A stretch of DNA of 64,000 nucleotides from Chiloscyllium plagiosum (Eukaryota), in contig NC_057753.1 in the NCBI RefSeq assembly GCF_004010195.1, positions 8,492,985 through 8,556,984 of the forward strand, given 5' to 3'. The notes below the pieces were generated by a model. It saw only the letters and a program-made list of their open reading frames with translations, had not been told where the DNA came from and did no database searches. The stretch's first letter is position 1, and each line of letters begins with the position of its first letter. A program made the position numbers and the translations under genes. Below are positions 40,561 through 52,770 of the stretch, piece after piece.

Positions 40561-41330
40561 CAGTCTTATTAAATTTACAGTGTTGCTTTTCCTAAATCTC
40601 CTCATTATAACCCCGCCCCCCCCAACAAGGAACGAAGTAATGAACTATTTCAGTGCAGAAAGTAACAGGAAACGACACACCCTAATGAGTACCACATCTG
40701 GCGTCAGAAACGCAGGACCTCATTACAAATGGTTTACGTCCAACGTGGGAAACATGTTCAGAAAATAACTGCTTCGGGCATATTGGACATCAACACGAAG
40801 TGAACAGTGAGGGGTGATATTGCCACATGATGAGGATAGATAGTATCCAACTTCACAAAAGAACATGATGGTCATTGTAACATAACAAATATGAATAGAA
40901 TTAGGACATCCCGCCCAAAAGAGCAAGCTCCATCATTCATAAAATGGGGTGGCTGATCTGACATCCATCATGCACACTTTCATGCCTATTCGCCCGATCA
41001 TTTGATTTTTCAAACGAAGAAGAATTGAATTGAGTTGAATTAGCTTTACTATCACAAATACTCAACGAGTACAGTGAATAGCATGTACGCCGCCACTTAC
41101 AGCGTTATCTTAGGTACTAAGGGGCCGAGGAAAACTCCTTAGTTACAGAAAAGAGAAAGTAAAAACAAAGTTATGTTACAGTGATACACAGTATGAGCAG
41201 CGATCAGGAAAACAAGAAGCACAGTTAAAAAGACAAAAATCACAGTCACTCTCCAAAAACACTCTCGATGTCAGCGTTAAATGTATACTAGACTTTGCCC
41301 TACAGCTGTCCACAACAAGGAGGACCAAAG

Positions 41331-41421
41331 GAGGCTTCACAGGAGGCTCCCAACCACTGAGGATGTCACCTAGACGGGGACGAAACGTCTGCAACACAAA
41401 TTCCCAGCTCGGCGAACAGAA
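41331..41421 (+). mobile_element. Minimal PLE-derived insert, essentially one hammerhead, flanked by 21-bp direct repeats
   Basis: CTGAGGA at 41357 ... GAAACGTC at 41382-41389. Repeats ccacaacaaggaggaccaaag (41310-41330) / ccacaacaaggaggtccaaag (41422-41442). Confidence 0.75.
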
Positions 41422-41449
41422 CCACAACAAGGAGGTCCAAAGATTGACA

Positions 41450-42780
41450 AACGACTGAGAGACACAATTCCTTCACATTTCGCTGTTTAGTTGGCACCGT
41501 TTCATTGTAAGGCTGGTCTTGAACTCTCCCATGAGGGGAACTATCCTTTCCAGCATTTACTCGGGTAAACACCTTAATAATTCGATATGTTTGAATGAGA
41601 TCACATCTGATTCTTCTAACCTCCAATGAGTAGAGTTCCACTGTGTTTAACCTTCGATCGGATGACAATCTCTTTATCGCACCAAAAGAGAAAATGCTGG
41701 AAAATCTCAGCAGGTCTGGCAGCATCTGTAAGGAGAGAAAAGAGCTCAAAGGGTCAGTTAGACTCGAAACGTCAGCTCTTTTCTCTCCTTACAGATACTG
41801 CCAGACCTTCTGAGATTTTCCAGCATTTTCTCTTTTGGTTTCTGATTCCAGCATCCGCAGTAATTTGCTTTTATCTCTTTATAGCACGGGTCATCTTCAT
41901 GAACCTTCTCTGAACTGCCTGCAACGAATTGATCTCTTTCCTCAAATAATATGAACCAAGTTGCTCACCCTGCTGAAGATATCGTCTCGCCTGCAACTTG
42001 TCCAGTTAACAGTAGACTCCACTACTCTTATCCATGAATCCCCTTGAAATAAGCGCCAACATTTCGTTCACCTTCCTGATTACCTGCTGTAGCGTTGTGC
42101 TAGCTTTCCATATTCCATGCACAAGCACCTGCAAGTCTTTTTGTGTTGCAGCCTTGTCATTTTCCTCAATTTAATGAACACACTCTTATTTTGTTCTCCC
42201 TTCCTAAAGACAATTTCAAAATTTCGCATGTTATCATCCACTTTCCAAATTTTGCTCACTAACTGAACTGATCGATATCTCTCTTAAACTAATTATATGA
42301 AAATTGTGTTTATTTTTTCCACCGATTTATGTGTAACCTGCAAAATTGGATATAGTGGTTTAATTTCATTCCTCCAAGAGGTTAATACATTTTGCAAACA
42401 GTTGTTTTTGTAGCACTGATTCCTGTGGTTGCGAAACTGAAAAAGAACTGCTCACTCCCATTTATTGTTTCCTGGTTATTCTCTTTCATGAAAAAATATG
42501 ATTCTTCTTGAAGTGATTATGATTTTCCAAACATGCTGCTATCTGTTCTTTACTAATTGGTTCAACACTTTGCCAACAATAGACGTTACGCTCACCAAAC
42601 CAGTTACATGACTTTTGCTTCCTTCCCATATTCTTTGAAAGGTTCACATTTTCCGTTTTCTAATGCTTGGGCACTTTTCCAGGGCCAAAGGATTTTGGGA
42701 AAAAGAAATGCAACGAATTCTAGGATATCCTTTGAAAGATTCTGTCACAATATCCATCACCAGATTCTCAAGCACATTGA
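41450..42780 (-). mobile_element. Old CR1-group LINE fragment
   Basis: LYSLEVRRIRCDLIQTYRIIK in ORF 41366-41749; heavily decayed. Confidence 0.55.
41683..41872. mobile_element. PLE-derived hairpin insert with a partial hammerhead and a 15-bp TSD
   Basis: Arms ~41683-41746 and ~41772-41838 are near-perfect reverse complements. The loop holds gggtc-agtta-gactc-GAAACGTC without the CTGA core. TSD atctctttatcgcac (41668-41682) / atctctttatagcac (41873-41887). Confidence 0.72.
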
Positions 42781-43366
42781 GAGCACCTTTGAGCCTTTCT
42801 AATTCCATATGCTATCGACCAGGCTAGACCCCCTCAAAACATTTCAGGAAAGTGGACCTGACTCTAAATTTGATAGTTATTTCAAGCAGATGTAAGACAG
42901 ATATCCCAGGATTCTGGTCAAGCTGGTCAACCTACGTAGTTTCAAATAAAACAGAATTTATTTAGAAGATTACTGAATGAACACAAACAAAAGAGAACAG
43001 AATGCAAACAAATTTAACCTCTTCGAAAATTAAACAGATTATCCTAACTTGATAGTGCCATTCCAAATATTTGCAACATACTCCATAAATATGCCTTAGT
43101 ACAAAAGGTAAAATAAAACAAAGGTTCTTCAAGCATAGAACTCAGAAAGAGAATAACAGCCTGCACCTGCTTCTTTGGGTTTAGCAGCTTTTTTTTCAGA
43201 CAACTTAAAATCGAAACCAAATCAGAGGATAGCTAAGCTGGGTGAACGGGCAACTCCTCTTTCAATGTGCACGTGATTTTTTTTAATTGAAACCCTTCGG
43301 TCTGAGGCAGTATCTGTTCGCTGTTACAAAATAAGCATTAAGCCCTTCAACACCAGACTTTTCAGA

Positions 43367-43981
43367 TGATTTGGAGATGCCGGTGTTGGACTGGGGTGTA
43401 CAAACTTAGAAATCACACAAAACCAGGTTATAGTCCAACAGATTTATTTGGAAGCACTAGCTATCTGAGCGCTGCTCCTTCATCAGTTGATTGTGGAGAG
43501 TATGATTGTCAGACACAGAATTTATTGCTAAAGATTCCAGTGTGAAGTAACTGAATTTATATATTGAAAATGACTCGAAATGTTTATTAAGTTTCTCATC
43601 TTTCAGAATGACTATGTTGGTTTCAGTTCTTTCATATGTAAATTGCAAAACGTTTTTTTTTTCAAAAGTTACATTCTCACGTGCACATTAACAATTGGAG
43701 TCATGTTGACCCAGTTAAGGTATTGGAGGTGTTAACTCCCTGTGAGGTTGTCTGTGTCACAATGGTCAGACTGATTCTAATCTATAAAAACGGTTTTTCA
43801 GAATCTTACATGGATTCATGCAGTTTTTGAGCAAAGTAAAATGTAATTCTGCAGGTACGAATTCACCCACTGCTGGGGAAGTCATTACGGTTCCTCTCCG
43901 TGGCACATGGAACTGGCGGTCGATGAGTTGCGCTTCGCACCCCGTTCTTATGAGGGCATTCCTGAGTACTTCCAAGTTCCA
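43367..43981 (-). mobile_element. Penelope-like element fragment (RT remnant plus terminal repeat with degenerate hammerhead), 12-bp TSD
   Basis: LRNALIRTGCEAQLIDRQF. Minus-strand CTGATGA-A-GGAGC-AGC-GCTCA-GATAGC at ~43458-43487. TSD agacttttcaga (43355-43366) / agacttttcgga (43982-43993). Confidence 0.7.
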
Positions 43982-43994
43982 AGACTTTTCGGAG

Positions 43995-44265
43995 TTTAGA
44001 TTAGATTACCTAGAGTATGGAAACAGGCCCTTCGACTCAACAAGTCCACAATGACCCTCCGAAAAGGAGCCCACCCAGACACATTCTCCTGCATTCACTC
44101 CTGACTAATGCACCTAACACTACGGGCAGTTTAGCATGGCCAATTCACCGAACCTACACATCTTTGTGACTTTGGGACACAGACAGTCGCCCAAGGCTGG
44201 AATCAGACCTGGGTTCCTGGTGCTGTGAGGCAGCAGTGCTAACCACTGCACCACCGTGTCCCCCA
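43995..44265 (-). mobile_element. HE1-type SINE (internal deletion) inside the LTR
   Basis: Reverse-complement A box and (TCTAA)n tail. Confidence 0.8.
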
Positions 44266-45059
44266 TTACCTCTCTGAAAGCTATAGCCAAGAACAGCATG
44301 ACCCTGTTAAAGGAGCGGCTTCATCATACCTCTCCCCTTGAAACGAAAACATTTATACACAAAGATGGCTTCATTTCAAAACCGTTAAGCTGAAATTGTT
44401 AGTATCCTCAAATACACATACACTTCATATCGACTATAAACGTGCAAGCATGCACTTCCATATTCTGATTCAGTCTCTTGAATTCCTGCCATCGAATGCC
44501 TCCTTTCCTCATACGAGTCTCACCAATGCGTCGGCAATCAGGTTTTCTCGTCCTGCCATATGCACAATTGTCAAATTGAATGGTTGTAGCAAAACTTCCC
44601 ATCTCAACTGTCTGACATGTTTGTCCTTAAATTTCTCCACAAGCTTCAATGGGTGCAATACGTGCAAATGATTGTCTCAAATGCAATACTGGAAACATAA
44701 ACACTAAATCGTTCCAATACCAGCATCAATTCAAAGTATCCTTCTCAACTGTCGAAGATTTCTGGTGATGTATGTTCACCTTTTAGGAGATATTCCCGAT
44801 AGTTTCTTTCTATCTTCTTGAAGTCTTCGACCCTACCGACACAAATATCAATTAAATCAATAGATGCCGTGAATGGTTTTGTGTAATTAGCTGTGGCAAA
44901 TACCAGGTCAGTGGTTAACGCAGGTTTCAGGATTTCAGATGTCTTCTGACATGTCGCTGTTCACTGAAACTTGTTGTTTTCTTCAACAATTCAGTGAGTG
45001 TGGCAGCCAATGCGGCTAACATTTGGTATGAATTGTCGACAAATACACTTACTTTTCGG

Positions 45060-45240
45060 CAGAAGTGGGTACTGCAGATATTGGAGATTAGATTCAAAAT
45101 TAGAGTGATGCTGGAAAAGCACAGCAGGTCAGGCAGCATCCGAGGAGCATGAAAATCGACATTTCGGGCAAAAGCCCTTCAATAGAAATCCTGATGAAGG
45201 TCTTTTGGCCGAAACATCCATTTTCCTTTCTCCTCCAGCA
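45060..45240. mobile_element. Short PLE-derived insert with opposing hammerhead motifs
   Basis: Same family as 11777. CTGATGA-A-GGTC-TTTT-GGCC-GAAAC-ATC at 45191 (+) and a degenerate inverted copy at ~45152-45185. Confidence 0.7.
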
Positions 45241-45305
45241 AATTCACTTTTAGTCAGATTTATCATCACGCTTGCATTTGGAAATCAGTTGAACAAGTGT
45301 GATAC

Positions 45306-46258
45306 TTTTTGTCATTCATATAAATGATTTGTATGCGAGCGTAAGAGGTATGGTTAGGAAGTTTGCAAACGACACCAAAATTGGAAGGGTGGTGGACAGC
45401 GAAGAAGGTTAAATCAGATTACAACAGGATCTTGATCAGATGGGCGAATGGGTTGCGAAGTGGCAGATAGAGTTTAATTCAGATAAATGCGAGGTGCTGC
45501 ATTTTGGGAAAGCAAATCTTAACAGGACTCATACACTTAATGGTAAGGTCCTTGGAATGCAGGTTGATAGCTCCTTGAAATTGGAGTCGCAGGTAGATAG
45601 GATAGTGAAGAAGGCGTTTGGTATGCTTTCCTTTATTGGTCAGCGTATTGAGTACAGGAGTTGGGAGGTCATGTTGCAGCTGTACAAGTCATTGGTTAGG
45701 TCACTATTGGAATATTACGTGCAATTCTGGTCTCCTTACTATCGGAAGGATACTGTAAAACTTGAAAGTTATCAGAAAAGATTTACATGGATGTTGCCAG
45801 GGTTGGAGGATTTGAGCTATGGGGAGAGGCTGAACAGGCTGGGTTTGTTTTCCCTGGGGAATCGGAGGCTGAGGGGTGACCTTACAGAGGTTTACAAAAT
45901 TATGAGGGACATAGATAGGATAAATAGACAAAGTCTTTTCCCTGAGGTCGTGAATCCAGAACTAGACGGCATAGGTTTAGGTTAGAGGGGAAAGATATAA
46001 AAGAGATCTAATGGGTAACTTTTTTTACACAGAGGGTGTTACGTGTATGGAACAAGCTTCAAGAGGAAATGGTAGAGGCTAATACAATTACAACATTTAA
46101 AAGGCATCTGTATGGGTATATGAATAGGAAGGGTTTGGAGGGATATGGCCCGGGTGCTGGCAGGTGGGACTAGATTGGCTTGGGATATCTGGTCGGCATG
46201 GACGAGTTGACCCAAAGGGTCTGTTTCCATGCTGTACATCTCTGTGACTCTATGACTT
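45306..46258 (+). mobile_element. CR1 LINE 3' fragment nested in the Gypsy RT
   Basis: 181-aa ORF WQIEFNSDKCEVLHFG...LEYYVQFWSP...RGDLTEVYKIM and a (ctctatga)n-like tail. Confidence 0.88.
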
Positions 46259-46906
46259 CGCTCTTACAAATAACCCTTCCATGTGTGACTAAAAATTACC
46301 AGGTCATCGATATCTATGACACACTGTGGTAGTCGAAAAATTAGTTTATTGGTTATTCTCTGAAATGTGGCTGACGCGTTTTTCATGCCAAAAGACATGA
46401 CTTTAAGCTGATGTAATCCATTCGGCGTTACAAAAGCCGAAATTGCCTTTGCTTTTCTCTGACAAAAGTACCTGCCAATATCCTCTGAGCCAGTGCAAAT
46501 TAGATATATAAGTTGTTTTTCCCAACTTCTCAACACAGCCTTCCAAACACAGAATCTAATATGCATCAGTCTTAGCAACTGAATTGTCTTTGTGATAGTC
46601 CATACATAACAGTTTTAGTTTTAGCACAATTACCATGGGTAAGCCTCATTCTCTGTAATTTACTTCGATTATGTCCTCTCAAAGCATGCAATCAATCTCC
46701 TTTTGAAATGTGCCAACCTTAGAGGGTATGCCAATAACTATCGCCTATATCAACACCATGCATAATTAGGTTAGTAATTTCCAGCGTATTTCCACTTACC
46801 TCCTCATGTGATAGTAATAACTCTTTCGGTTATGCTTCAATATCTCTGGAAGTGAACTCAATAATTAATCCCAATTTTTGACAACTTCCTGTCAACTATT
46901 CACAGC

Positions 46907-47237
46907 TTTTTTCCTGTCTGGGAGCAGCGGGAGACAGAACGGTGGTGACGTTTGAACCAGGACGTTTCCAAGAAGATAAGTGAAAAGTATAAATACTTAC
47001 CTTTGAATTCCAGGGCCTTTTTCCTGTCCACGAGCAAAGGGAAACAGAGTGGAGGTGACATTGGGATCAGGTAGTCTCCCGAAAGTTAACCGAATAATAC
47101 AAACATTTACCTTCTATCTCGTGTCCTTTTTCCTGTCCGGGAGTAGCGTGAGACAGAGCGGAGATGACATTGGGACCAAGTGGTTGCCAGGAAGGTAAGT
47201 GAACAGTATGAATACTTATCTTTGAATCCCGTGGCCG
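46907..47237 (+). repeat. Three diverged ~110-bp tandem repeats
   Basis: The cctgtc anchor recurs at 46913, 47023 and 47132. Units share gagacaga.cgg.gg.gaca/g..., aagg/ataagtga...atacttacct. Confidence 0.75.
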
Positions 47238-48282
47238 TTCGAGCTTCGACCTATAACACTTTGTTTCATTTTTTGCGCTGTGTTGAAGAGATTTGTTTAT
47301 TCGAACTGTTGTGCATATTCCTAAATATAGTACAGCATTAGTAAGTCTAGTTTGGACAGACTGAATTCTGTGGGTATTTTTATTCATTTCTTTATGGTTC
47401 ATTCCGGAATTTTGTGACTATATTTTTGTTAGTTTTAAAACCTGGCAGTCAACCTAACTAACTTACTACGGGTGATTTTAACTGCACACTCACCAAAACA
47501 AGTTACAATGTCACGGTCGGGACTGCATGCTTAAAAATGATTTGTGTAAACTTACCTCGTCCATAGCAGATTTGGAGCTCCTTGCCGGATTTGAATTAGC
47601 AAATGTTAGGTGTTAGTGTCTTTAATTCGGTTTTTGGTTTGTTTACGTAGACAAAGCTTGAGATAGCAATGTCTCTTTCAGTCACCAAGAGTTTTGTGAA
47701 GTTGGACGAGATGAACATAGAAGTTTTGCAAAAGATGGTTAATGGCGAGCTGCAGGAATAAAAAGGCAAGCGAGGATTGGAGCTGCCTCCTTCTAGAGGA
47801 AAGGAAAGTTCATTACAGCAGTAGCTCAGCATTTGCACTTGCTGGAAACAGCATCAGAATCCCTAAAGATGGCAAGAATTAAATGCAAATGAAGTAGCTG
47901 GGTTAGAGGCGAGAGATAAGAAAAAAGCAGCAGATTTTGATACAGTTGGAGTTACGATTAAAAGCAAAAGAGTGGGACAATGAGAGAGTAGCAGAAGATA
48001 GAGAGAAAGAGAAAGTGTTTGATCTTCAGAAATTGACACTTTAAAAATGGAAATCAGCTTAAAAGGGTGGACATAAAAGCAGAAAGTAACCTTAGCGAGG
48101 AAGCAGCACGAACTCATGTGAAAGAGCAGAGAGTTGAAACGGCAGGTTAGCAGCTGAAGTGACTGATGATTATGAACCAGTCCATTCTGGTTTGGCTTCC
48201 AGAATCAATTTCAGTCTATGGGGATAGACACTGGGTCAAAGAGAATTCGTCACTTGGAAAGGGAAAGGCAGATCTCAGTGAA

Positions 48283-49070
48283 TTTGAGGCGATGGATTTT
48301 GGGAAGTCTAATTCTAGAGTGAACTATACTGTAAACGGAAGAGCTTTGGGAAAAGTTGATGAGCAGAGAAATCTGGGAGTTCAGGTCCATTGTACCTTGA
48401 AAGGGGCTGCATAGGTGAATAGAGTGGTCAAGAAGGCAAACGGTATGCTTGTCCTCATCTGACGGGGTATTAAGTATAAGAGCTGGCAGGTTTTGTTATA
48501 ATTATACAAAACATGGTTTGGCCGCATTTAGAATACTGTGTACAGTTCTGGTCGTCACATTACCAAAATGATGTGGACGTTTCGGAGAGGGTGCTGAGAA
48601 GGTTTACGAGGATGTTGCCTGGGATGGAAGATGGTAGCTATGAAGAGAGGTTGAGTAGGTTAGGATTGTTTTCATTAGATAAAAAAGAGATTTGGAGGCA
48701 CTTGATTGAGGTCTACAAAATCATGAAGGATATGGACAGCATAGATAGGGATAACCTTTTTCCCAGGGTGAGGGTTCAGTAACGAGAGGTCACACGTTCA
48801 ATGTGAGAGGTGAAAATTTTAAGGGGGATATAAATGACAAGTACTTTATACAGAGAAGGGTAGGTGCCTAGAGCGTCGCCAGCAGAGGTAGTAGAGGCAG
48901 GCACGGTAGATTCATTTAAGGTGCGTCTAGACAGATGCATGAGTTAGTGGGGAGCAGAGGGATACCGATGCTTAGGAATTGGGCGATAGGTTTAGACTGT
49001 GGATTTGGATCGGCTCAGGCTTGGAGGGCCGAATGACCTATTGCTGGGCTATATATTTTCTTTGTTCTTT
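48283..49070 (+). mobile_element. CR1 LINE 3' fragment nested in gag
   Basis: PHLEYCVQFWS, RRFTRMLPGM, ttctttgttcttt tail. Confidence 0.82.
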
Positions 49071-49602
49071 GAAGATCATAAAGAGCACTTACCACAGAAT
49101 AAGCAGGAAACCCTTGAAGGGGACAAAGCAGTTCGAAAGCTCCCGTGTTTCACTGTAATAAAGTGGACCACATGAAATCACAGTGTTGCACTAGAAGAAA
49201 GCCAGATGTAGTAAAGCAGGAAAAGCCCTGAAGTTTTAATGGCACGGTAACAAAAAGCCCAATGGGAGCTAGAAACTTGAATCAGAGGTTGATGGAGCAG
49301 AAGTGCCAGATCTGCTTAAAAAGTATTCATGCAAGCGCCATGTTTATGCACATAGACCAGGAGTAGCAGTGTAAAGAGATCACAATATTAAGGGACAAAA
49401 GATCCTCTCAGTCTGTGATGCTGAAGGATGAGGAGATACGTACTCATGAAGGACTATTGCCAAAAAGTGCTCGTGACATGAATCTATGGTGAGACAAGAA
49501 GTGCTCAATTGTGTAAATTGAGGCTAGAGTCCAGAGAAGAGTGGAGAATTTGTAGTTGTAGCATTGAACAAACTCTCAGCTCCAGAAATACAATTTGTCC
49601 TT

Positions 49603-49907
49603 GCACGGTGGCTCAGTGGTTAGCACTGCTGCCTCATAGCACTAGGGTCCCAGGTTCGATTCCAGCCTCGGGCAGACTGTCTGTGTGGAGTTTGCACATT
49701 CTCCCCGTGTCTGTGTGGGTTTCCTTTGGGTGCTCCGGTTTTCTCCCACAGGCCAAAGAGTTGCAGGTCAGGTTGATTGACCATGCTAAATTGCCCAGAG
49801 TGTTCGGTGCATTAGTCAGAGGGAAATAGGTCTGGGTGTGTTACTCTACAGTGGGTCGGTGTGGATTTGTTGGGCTGAAGGGACTGTTTCCACACTATTG
49901 GAAATCT
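49603..49907 (+). mobile_element. HE1-type SINE
   Basis: A box TGGCTCAGTGG, B box GGTTCGATTCC, core and tail. Confidence 0.85.
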
Positions 49908-50371
49908 AAAGAAAAATATCTGATTCACTGTTAGGCGTGCTGCCTACACTAGTTGAAAGGCCAGTGAAGACGCAGGCAATTGCAGCATTAGTATTTACAA
50001 ATTTCCTGTGGTTGCGTCTTACCGAGGTCACAGATGCACAAGCTGAAGGAGGAGCGATCAAAAGGCACCGATAAGGAAGCTGAAATAGCATTATCAGAGT
50101 CTTTTTTGATCAGATAAGTGGGACAGAGCAGGACCAATTAAGTAAAGATGCAAGTTTCTTTCGCTCTGCTGAGCTTATTGAGTTACAGCAGAAAGATGAT
50201 AATTAAAAAACAGTTGTATCAAAAGGCGTATCCAGAGAAGGAGAGTGAATACATCCCCGTGTGTTGTTACTTAACAAATGATGTCTAATGAGGAAGTGGA
50301 GACCATCACACATCCAAGCAGATGAGAAATGAACAGAAGTTTCACTTTGTTTTGACAGTAGGGGCAGCAGG

Positions 50372-50547
50372 AGCAAGATTAGAGTGGTTCTGGAAAAGCA
50401 CAGCCGCTCAGGCAGCATCCAAGGAGCAGGAAAATCGATGTTTCGGGCAGGATCCCTTCATTCGAAATGAGCGCAGCCTGAACTGCTGTGCTTTTCCAGC
50501 ACCACTCGACTGTAATCTCTAGCATCTGCAATCTCACTTGCGCCTCG
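50372..50547. mobile_element. Short PLE-derived insert (11777 family) with a degenerate minus-strand hammerhead
   Basis: ctggaaaagcacagc...gatgtttcgggcaggatcccttcat followed by the inverted ctgctgtgcttttccagcaccact. Confidence 0.65.
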
Positions 50548-51673
50548 TTGATAGAAAGCAGGTGCTGTGAGTGCCGCATAAGCTACTACTTGGTGTTAAT
50601 TTAGGCCTGAGGAAAATACTTGCTAAGATACAAAGACATTTTCACTGGCCTGGACTACACAAGGATGTAGTTGAATTTTGCCAGACGTGTCCGACATATC
50701 AGCTAATCGGAAAACCATACGCAGTAATAAACCTTGCACCTTTAATGCTTATTCCAGCATTTGGAAAATTTCTTACAAGATTCTTGATTGATTGCGTAGG
50801 TCACCTATCTCAAATGAAAAAACGGGGAACAGCTATTTATTAACAATAATGGATATATCGACGAGATTTCCAGAGGCAATCCCAAATGCAATATCACAGC
50901 TACAAGCGTTATAGAATATTAATCACTTCTTTTTACTAAATGCGGACTACCTACAGAGATCCAGTCAGGTTAAGAGTCAAACTACACATCCAAGCTATTC
51001 AAGAAGGTTTTGGATAACTTAGGAATAAAGCAATTCAAATCGACTGCGTACCATTCGGAATCGCAGGGAGCACTAGAAAGATGGCATCAAGCACTAAAGA
51101 CCATGTTGAGGGCTTACAGTCAGGACTATCCTGATGTTTGGGATAAGGGAGCCTCCGTTTGAACTTTTTGCGAACAAAGATGCACCAAATTCAGTCATTT
51201 TGAATTCATTTTTGGGAATGAAGCAAGAGAACCGTTGAAATCGATTAAGGAGAAAATAATAAGTCAGAATTCAGAGACCATACATTTGGATTATGTATCA
51301 AATTTTAGAGAACGATTTAGTAGAGCTGTGGAGTTGGCTAAACAGCACTTTCAGGAATCGCAGCATACAACGAAACAGGATGCAGATAAGAAATTACAAA
51401 TTCGAAAATTTGCCATTGGGGATAAGGTATGGGTGTTATTTCCAGTAATAAATGAACTTTTAAAAGTAAGGTTGAGTAAACCTTATCAAATCTGGAAGAA
51501 ATGGAATGATGTAGATTACTTGATAACGACTCCAGTCAGGAATCCATCTCACAGAATGTGTCATGTGAAAATGCTCAAAAGGTATTTTGACAGGAAAGGA
51601 AAGCAAGAGGAAAAGGTGTTAATAATTGCAGCACAGAAGGAAGAACCAAGTTCAGAGCATTCTGAATTGGACA

Positions 51674-51975
51674 GGGGCGGCACGGTGGCACAGTGGTTCG
51701 CACTGCTGCCTCATCAGCGCCAGAGATGTGGGTTCAATTCCCGTCTCAGGCAACTATCTGTGTGGAGTTTGCACATTCGCCCCGTGTCTGCGTGGGTTTC
51801 CTCCTACAGTCCAAAGATGTCCAAGTTAGGTGAATTGTCCATGCTAAATAGCTCGTAGTATTAGGTAAAGGGGTAAATGTAGGGGAATGGATCTGGGTGG
51901 GTTGCTCTTCGGAGGGTTGTTGTGGACTTGTTGGGCTGTTGGGCCTGTTTCCACACTGTAAGTAATCTATTCTAA
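51674..51975 (+). mobile_element. HE1-type SINE between INT and RT
   Basis: GGGGCGGCACGGTGGCACAGTGG start, B box and tail. Confidence 0.85.
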
Positions 51976-52655
51976 TGTCTCAAATCAAATTGGACACTAA
52001 AGAAGTTGGCAAAAAATGGGATTCGTCATCGTGTTACCTTCCACAAGAACATCGAAATTACTGTCACATGGGCAGATATTGGAAATAAGCCGAGAAGTAC
52101 TAACCGCGTTGTGGATGATGTAGATACAACAGATGGTGTCCCGATTAAGCAACATCCTTATCGGCATGATCCTCTAAAGTTGGTGCAATTTCAGAAGGAC
52201 ATAGAGCGCATGCTACATGACGGCATAATCAAAGTGAGTTACAGTGACTGGAGCTCATCCATAGTCATGACACCAAAACCAGATGGTACCCAAATGTTAT
52301 GTGTGGGCTAACTCAAAGTCAACGCCATGACAGAGATTAATGTTATACAATTCGCGGTTGGAGGACTGTGTCGAAGATGTGGATAAGCAACTTATATTTC
52401 TAATTTGGAGTTTCTCAAAGGCAACTGGCAGATACCTCTGTCAGACAGAGCAAAAACAATCTTGGCTTTCGTAATGCCAAATGGACTATATCGGTTTACA
52501 ATCATGCCATTTGGTATGAAAAACGGTCCAGCTACCTTTCAGACTGACGAATAAGTTCATTGCTGGGTTACCTAACTGTATTGTTTGCATTGATGAACTG
52601 ATGATCTTTCGTCACTCATGAAAGAAGAAATTACAGCATTTATCTGACTTACCGA

Positions 52656-52770
52656 AATTTGTAGATCAGGTTGAGGTTCTGGGATTCGCTATGCTCGCTG
52701 AGCTGGAGGCTGATTTTCAGACGTTTCGTCATCATACTAAGTAACAGCTTCAGTGAGCATCCGGACGAAG
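52656..52770 (-). mobile_element. PLE terminal fragment with degenerate hammerhead
   Basis: Minus strand ca-CTGAAGC-tgttac...gac-GAAACGTC-tg. Confidence 0.55.

Larger units (their letters stand above)
42810..46890 (-). mobile_element. Gmr1-like Gypsy element 3' half (RT-RNaseH-PPT-3'LTR) with nested insertions
   Basis: RT AFVTPNGL..KVMSFGMKNASATFQR...IDDLVIFS (46264-46578). RNase H remnants at 44500-45050. PPT AAGGGGAGAGG at 44339-44329, then an LTR (44328-42810) whose end resembles the LTR end at 47568. Confidence 0.72.
47240..52655 (+). mobile_element. Decayed Gmr1-like Gypsy element 5' part (partial LTR, PBS-like site, gag, PR, INT, N-terminal RT)
   Basis: LTR end ...ccatagca at 47568, then tggagctccttgccggat (degenerate tRNA-Pro-type PBS). 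Gag RTHVKEQRVET..DDYE and CFHCNKVDH (~49145). INT LGLRKILAKIQRHFHWPGLHKDVVEFCQTC, IDCVG, RMCHVKMLK. Then RT PIKQHPYR...MPFGMKN...IDEL. Confidence 0.82.

Noticed and set aside
46990..47003. U1 snRNA gene (ATACTTACCT)
   Set aside because: Only 10 nt match; the rest of U1 is absent and the motif is part of a tandem repeat.
46907..47237. CRISPR-like array or other prokaryotic system
   Set aside because: Whole units are homologous with no unique spacers, there are no cas genes, and the DNA is clearly vertebrate.
42810..52655. Idea that the - and + Gmr1-like pieces are one element broken by an inversion
   Set aside because: Both contain the same N-terminal RT segment and differ substantially there (roughly 70-75% identity by eye), so they are independent copies.
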